A stretch of 52,173 nucleotides of DNA from an uncultured Pseudomonadales bacterium (GTDB taxonomy: Bacteria > Patescibacteriota > Microgenomatia > UBA1400 > PJMF01), in assembly GCA_964418385.1 (NCBI GenBank), contig CAYQLH010000002.1:1-52173 (forward strand). Reading direction: 5' to 3'. The position numbers and the translations under genes were made by a program. Positions within the stretch are counted from its first letter, which is position 1; each line of letters begins with the position of its first letter. This document shows, piece by piece, positions 49,402 to 52,173 of the stretch. Below the pieces are notes generated by a model. The model searched no databases and was not told where the DNA came from. It worked only from the letters and a program-made list of their open reading frames with translations.

Positions 49402-50706
49402 ATGCCGAAAGTAAGTACATTAAAAAACGGAATGAAGCTTTTGCGAGTGCCGATGAGCGGGGTGGAGTCAATTGCGACAGTGGTGATGGTTAAGGCTGGT
49501 TCTCGATATGAGGATGAAGCAGATTATGGAGTGGCTCATTTTTTGGAGCATATGGTTTTTAAGGGGACAAAAAAATACCCAACTAACAAGATTTTGACGC
49601 AAAAAGTGGACGGCGTGGGGGCAGCGTTTAATGCTTTCACCAGTGAAGAAGGAACAGCGTTTTATCTGCGGAGTGCGGCTAAGGATCTTGACTTGACCTT
49701 GGATGTGCTTTCTCAGCTGACGACGCAAATGCTTTTGGAACCAGAGGAAATCGAGCGGGAGCGTGGCGTGATTTTGGAAGAAAAGCACATGTATGAAGAT
49801 CAGCCGAGTGCGTTTAACTCACAAGAGTTTATCAAGATGTTTTGTGCAGGGACGGGTTTGGGACATGACGTCGTGGGTACGGATAAATCCATCAAAAACA
49901 TCAAACAAGAAACTTTTCGAAAGTTTATTGCGCGCTGGTATCGGCCGGAACACATGTTGCTGGTGGTAGCTGGAAAGAAACAAGCGGTGCAAGCTCCAGA
50001 TTTGGAAGAAAAAGCGGAGCGGTATTTTAAGTTTGGGAAATTAACAGGAAAAGCCGCCCGTCAAGAGGATTTTTGGGAAAAAGAATTTCACTATGGTGAG
50101 CGGTTAAATTTTATTGATCGCAAGACCGAGCAGACACATTTTATTCTTGGCTGGCCGAGTTTGAATCGGTTTGATAAGCGCGACAACACCCTTGATGTTT
50201 TGCAGACAATTTTGGGCGGCAACATGAGTTCCAGGCTTTTTAGCGAAGTGCGTGAGCGACGGGGTTTGTGTTACTATGTGTATGCACAGGCAAGCTCTTT
50301 TTGTGACAGTGGCTATTTTGGCGCTTCTTCTGGCGTCAATCCGGAGAAACTAATCGAGGCGATCAAGGTAACCGTGGACGAGTTTTCCCAGTTGGCCTCT
50401 GGTGAGAAAAAAGTGGAGGCAGCAGAGTTGGCCCGGGCCAAGGATTATCTGTGTGGTCAGATGACACTGAGCGCGGAAAGCGTGTACGCTTTGGCACTAA
50501 ATTACGGTACACAGCTACTTTTTGAAAACCGTATCCGGACGGTGTCGCAAGAAATGAAACGGGTGCAAGCAGTGACTCTTGATGACGTGCAAGCTTTGGC
50601 GCGAGAATTGATCCGCCCTGAAGAATTGCGTCTTTCGGCCATTGGCAAGATTTCTGATAAACAAAAGCGTGAAATAGAGGCAATTGTGGGAGCACGGGCG
50701 CGATAG
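49402..50706 (+). CDS. M16-family (pitrilysin/insulinase-like) zinc peptidase
   Basis: HFLEHMVFKGT is the inverted HxxEH zinc motif, and ILEE supplies the distal Glu. The strong SD AAGGAGGAG lies 5 nt upstream. Confidence 0.9.
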   Translation: MPKVSTLKNGMKLLRVPMSGVESIATVVMVKAGSRYEDEADYGVAHFLEHMVFKGTKKYPTNKILTQKVDGVGAAFNAFTSEEGTAFYLRSAAKDLDLTLDVLSQLTTQMLLEPEEIERERGVILEEKHMYEDQPSAFNSQEFIKMFCAGTGLGHDVVGTDKSIKNIKQETFRKFIARWYRPEHMLLVVAGKKQAVQAPDLEEKAERYFKFGKLTGKAARQEDFWEKEFHYGERLNFIDRKTEQTHFILGWPSLNRFDKRDNTLDVLQTILGGNMSSRLFSEVRERRGLCYYVYAQASSFCDSGYFGASSGVNPEKLIEAIKVTVDEFSQLASGEKKVEAAELARAKDYLCGQMTLSAESVYALALNYGTQLLFENRIRTVSQEMKRVQAVTLDDVQALARELIRPEELRLSAIGKISDKQKREIEAIVGARAR

Positions 50707-50728
50707 CTTGGAAAATAAATGTCAAGTT

Positions 50729-50803
50729 TTGTTAAACAAGTGTTTAACAAATGTTAAACAAAAACCAGATGTAAATTTGAACAAATTTTGACAGACAAAA
50801 AAC
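50729..50803. repeat. Palindrome-containing intergenic element, copy 2
   Basis: TTGTTAAACAAGTGTTTAACAA (50729-50750) is followed by ATGTTAAACA, so TGTTAAACA / TGTTTAACA / TGTTAAACA alternate in orientation. GAACAAATTTTGACA is at 50779-50793. Located between the convergent M16 peptidase gene and tRNA-Arg. Confidence 0.8.
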
Positions 50804-50860
50804 AGACTGCCAAAACAAACGCCTAATTTTGCTCGGCTTTCAAGTCATAATAAATACAAC

Positions 50861-50880
50861 ACCACCCCAGAAGGGGTGGT
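50861..50880 (-). terminator. Hairpin downstream of tRNA-Arg(CCG)
   Basis: ACCACCCC, AGAA, GGGGTGGT form a perfect 8-bp stem. On the minus strand it is followed by GTTGTATTTATT. Confidence 0.5.
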
Positions 50881-50886
50881 TGTGCG

Positions 50887-50958
50887 TGCTTTCGGCGGGA
50901 ATCGAACCCGCATTTTAAGTTCCGGAAACTCACGTGCTATCCGTTGCACTACGAAAGC
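50887..50958 (-). tRNA. tRNA-Arg (anticodon CCG), 72 nt, CCA not encoded
   Basis: Minus strand folds as GCTTTCG TA GTGC AACGGATA GCAC G TGAGT TTCCGGA ACTTA AAAT GCGGG TTCGATT CCCGC CGAAAGC A. All four stems pair, and the T-loop is TTCGATT. Confidence 0.85.
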
Positions 50959-50970
50959 GCGTTGGAGGTT

Positions 50971-51453
50971 TTATTTGGAGGATTCTTTGACTTCGTATTG
51001 AGCGTAGATGACACTGTCGATGACGCTGTGATATGAGAAAAGCTCGTTGCTATTGAAGACAATGGCAATTTCGCGTTTGGCATCTTCGACCTTGGCGGAA
51101 GCGTGGATAAGGTTGTATTGCTGGCTCATGCCAAAGTCACCACGGATGGAACCGCCTTCAGCTTCACGACCAAGCGTGGTGCCGACGAGTTTGCGGACAA
51201 CCATGACGGCGTCGATGCCTTCCCAGACCATGGCGATAATCGGTAACTCAGCCATGAATTCCTTGAGATCGTTGAAAAAACTCTTGTCTTTGTGCTCGGC
51301 GTACCAATCAGAAAGCATTTCGTCGCTCATCTGGACCATTTTCATACCCACCAGTTTGAGACCTTTGCGCTCAAAACGGGAGATGATTTCGCCGATGAGA
51401 CCACGTTGCAAACCATCTGGTTTTACCAAGACCGCTGTCCGCTCCATTTTCAT
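50971..51453 (-). CDS. ndk: Nucleoside diphosphate kinase
   Basis: MERTAVLVKPDGLQRGLIGEIISRFERKGLKLVGMK...NLIHAS (catalytic His). TGaTATAAT and SD AAAGGAA lie upstream. Confidence 0.95.
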   Translation of the reverse strand: MKMERTAVLVKPDGLQRGLIGEIISRFERKGLKLVGMKMVQMSDEMLSDWYAEHKDKSFFNDLKEFMAELPIIAMVWEGIDAVMVVRKLVGTTLGREAEGGSIRGDFGMSQQYNLIHASAKVEDAKREIAIVFNSNELFSYHSVIDSVIYAQYEVKESSK

Positions 51454-51535
51454 GGCATTCCTTTCTTGTTAATTGCGGGTATTATATCACGTTTTGGTAA
51501 TTTTATGAAGGGGAAGCGGGTGTATAATACGGGAT

Positions 51536-52045
51536 ATGCAACCAGGTGTGGATTACATTGGCGTGGGAACGTGTGCGGTGTGCCACGACGGGCAAAAACG
51601 AGTTTTCTTAAACAAACGGTCACGGCGCTGTCGGGATGAATGGGGTCGCTGGGATAACAGCGGCGGTATGATGGAGTTTGGCGAAACTCCCGATGAATGC
51701 ATGATCCGCGAATTGCGTGAAGAATACGGTTGTAGTCCCATAAAATGGCAAAAAGGCGGCTTTGTGAACGCAATTCGAAATATTAACGGTCACACAACAC
51801 ATTGGTTGATTTTGACCTATTTGGTGCAAATTGATCCCCAACAAGCGAGAAACGGTGAGCCGGAAAAATTTGAGACGGTCGGTTGGTTTCCAATCGATGC
51901 TTTGCCAGATGACTTGCACTCGTATTTTAAGAGCGATTTTGCGACGTTGCACGAGGCGTGGAAAGAATTTTACGGCGAATTTCCGCCTGATGCGGCGCAG
52001 TTGCAAGGCCTTTGTAGTTCAACGGAGAGAACAGCTGCCTCCTAA
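51536..52045 (+). CDS. NUDIX hydrolase
   Basis: NUDIX box is GGMMEFGETPDECMIRELREEYG (Gx5Ex7REUxEExGU). TATAAT 51523-51528 lies 7 nt before the ATG. The 3' end runs 38 nt into tRNA-Arg(CCT). Confidence 0.85.
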   Translation: MQPGVDYIGVGTCAVCHDGQKRVFLNKRSRRCRDEWGRWDNSGGMMEFGETPDECMIRELREEYGCSPIKWQKGGFVNAIRNINGHTTHWLILTYLVQIDPQQARNGEPEKFETVGWFPIDALPDDLHSYFKSDFATLHEAWKEFYGEFPPDAAQLQGLCSSTERTAAS

Positions 52046-52079
52046 GCGGCAAATCCGAGTTCGATTCTCGGCGAAGGCA
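52008..52079 (+). tRNA. tRNA-Arg (anticodon CCT), 72 nt, CCA not encoded
   Basis: Folds as GCCTTTG TA GTTC AACGGAGA GAAC A GCTGC CTCCTAA GCGGC AAAT CCGAG TTCGATT CTCGG CGAAGGC A. The cloverleaf pairs throughout, with one G.U pair in each of the acceptor and anticodon stems. Confidence 0.85.
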
Positions 52080-52118
52080 CAATATCTTGGCAAAAAATTC
52101 TTGAAAAAATGGTGCGGA

Positions 52119-52173
52119 TGGTCGGAGTGACAGGATTTGAACCTGCGACCTCACGCTCCCAAAGCGCGCGCGC
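52119..52173 (-). tRNA. tRNA-Pro (anticodon TGG), 3' part only (5' end beyond the window), CCA encoded
   Basis: Minus strand reads ...CGCGC TTTGGGA GCGTG AGGTC GCAGG TTCAAAT CCTGT CACTCCG A CCA. The anticodon loop is TTTGGGA. Confidence 0.7.

Noticed and set aside
1-52173. CRISPR arrays, rRNA genes, transposases/integrases, tmRNA, RNase P RNA and SRP RNA
   Set aside because: I saw no regularly spaced direct repeats, no 16S/23S/5S-like conserved blocks and no DDE or tyrosine recombinase-like ORFs. By eye I also found no conserved core motifs of these RNAs. An Infernal scan would be needed to exclude small RNAs rigorously.

Overview
This ~52 kb window is an origin-proximal chromosomal segment from a small-genome bacterium that uses the standard genetic code (rpmH ends in TGA). 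I call about 37 CDS, 3 tRNAs (Arg-CCG, Arg-CCT and a partial Pro-UGG), one disrupted gene, and no rRNA, CRISPR array, transposase or integrase.

The gene content suggests a Patescibacteria/CPR (Saccharibacteria-like) or similar Gram-positive-type episymbiont. It includes a sortase, VanW, a LysM-M23 peptidase, ComEA/ComEC, an orphan membrane-anchored solute-binding protein and low-complexity insertions in Rho, RadA, Obg and DnaA. This lineage assignment is inference only.

Housekeeping genes: dnaN, rpmH, yidD, dnaA, radA, rho, obg, argS, ndk, an M16 peptidase, a NUDIX hydrolase, a GT39-like glycosyltransferase and umuD/umuC.

Most interesting content:
1. A stripped-down T4SS-like apparatus lies in two chromosomal operons. 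One is VanW, a PrgI/VirB3-like protein, a VirB4-N-like protein and VirB4, directly beside dnaA. The other is a 1160-aa tail-fibre-like type-II membrane protein plus a TM-less VirD4/TraG-like ATPase. No relaxase or other canonical T4SS parts are present, and a sortase and a split comEC lie in the same window.
2. umuD and umuC are pulled apart by a 716-aa polytopic membrane protein gene bracketed by ~125-bp direct repeats. These repeats belong to a small dispersed intergenic repeat family preceded by AAATTNN heptad tracts.
3. A low-GC islet carries a polyvalent-type HExxH mobile-element protein whose ORF is broken by a perfect 140-bp (non-multiple-of-3) tandem duplication.
4. A COG1373 AAA+ ATPase gene is bracketed by perfect 33-bp direct repeats that contain a 15-bp palindrome.
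5. A palindrome-containing element occurs twice, each time in a convergent-gene gap.
6. At least 10 genes have TATAAT/TACAAT 6-9 nt upstream of the start codon, which implies leaderless mRNAs.
7. The DnaA-box cluster lies upstream of dnaN, in an unusual dnaN-rpmH-yidD arrangement convergent with dnaA.

All functional calls come from motif and pattern recognition by eye. No database search was run.
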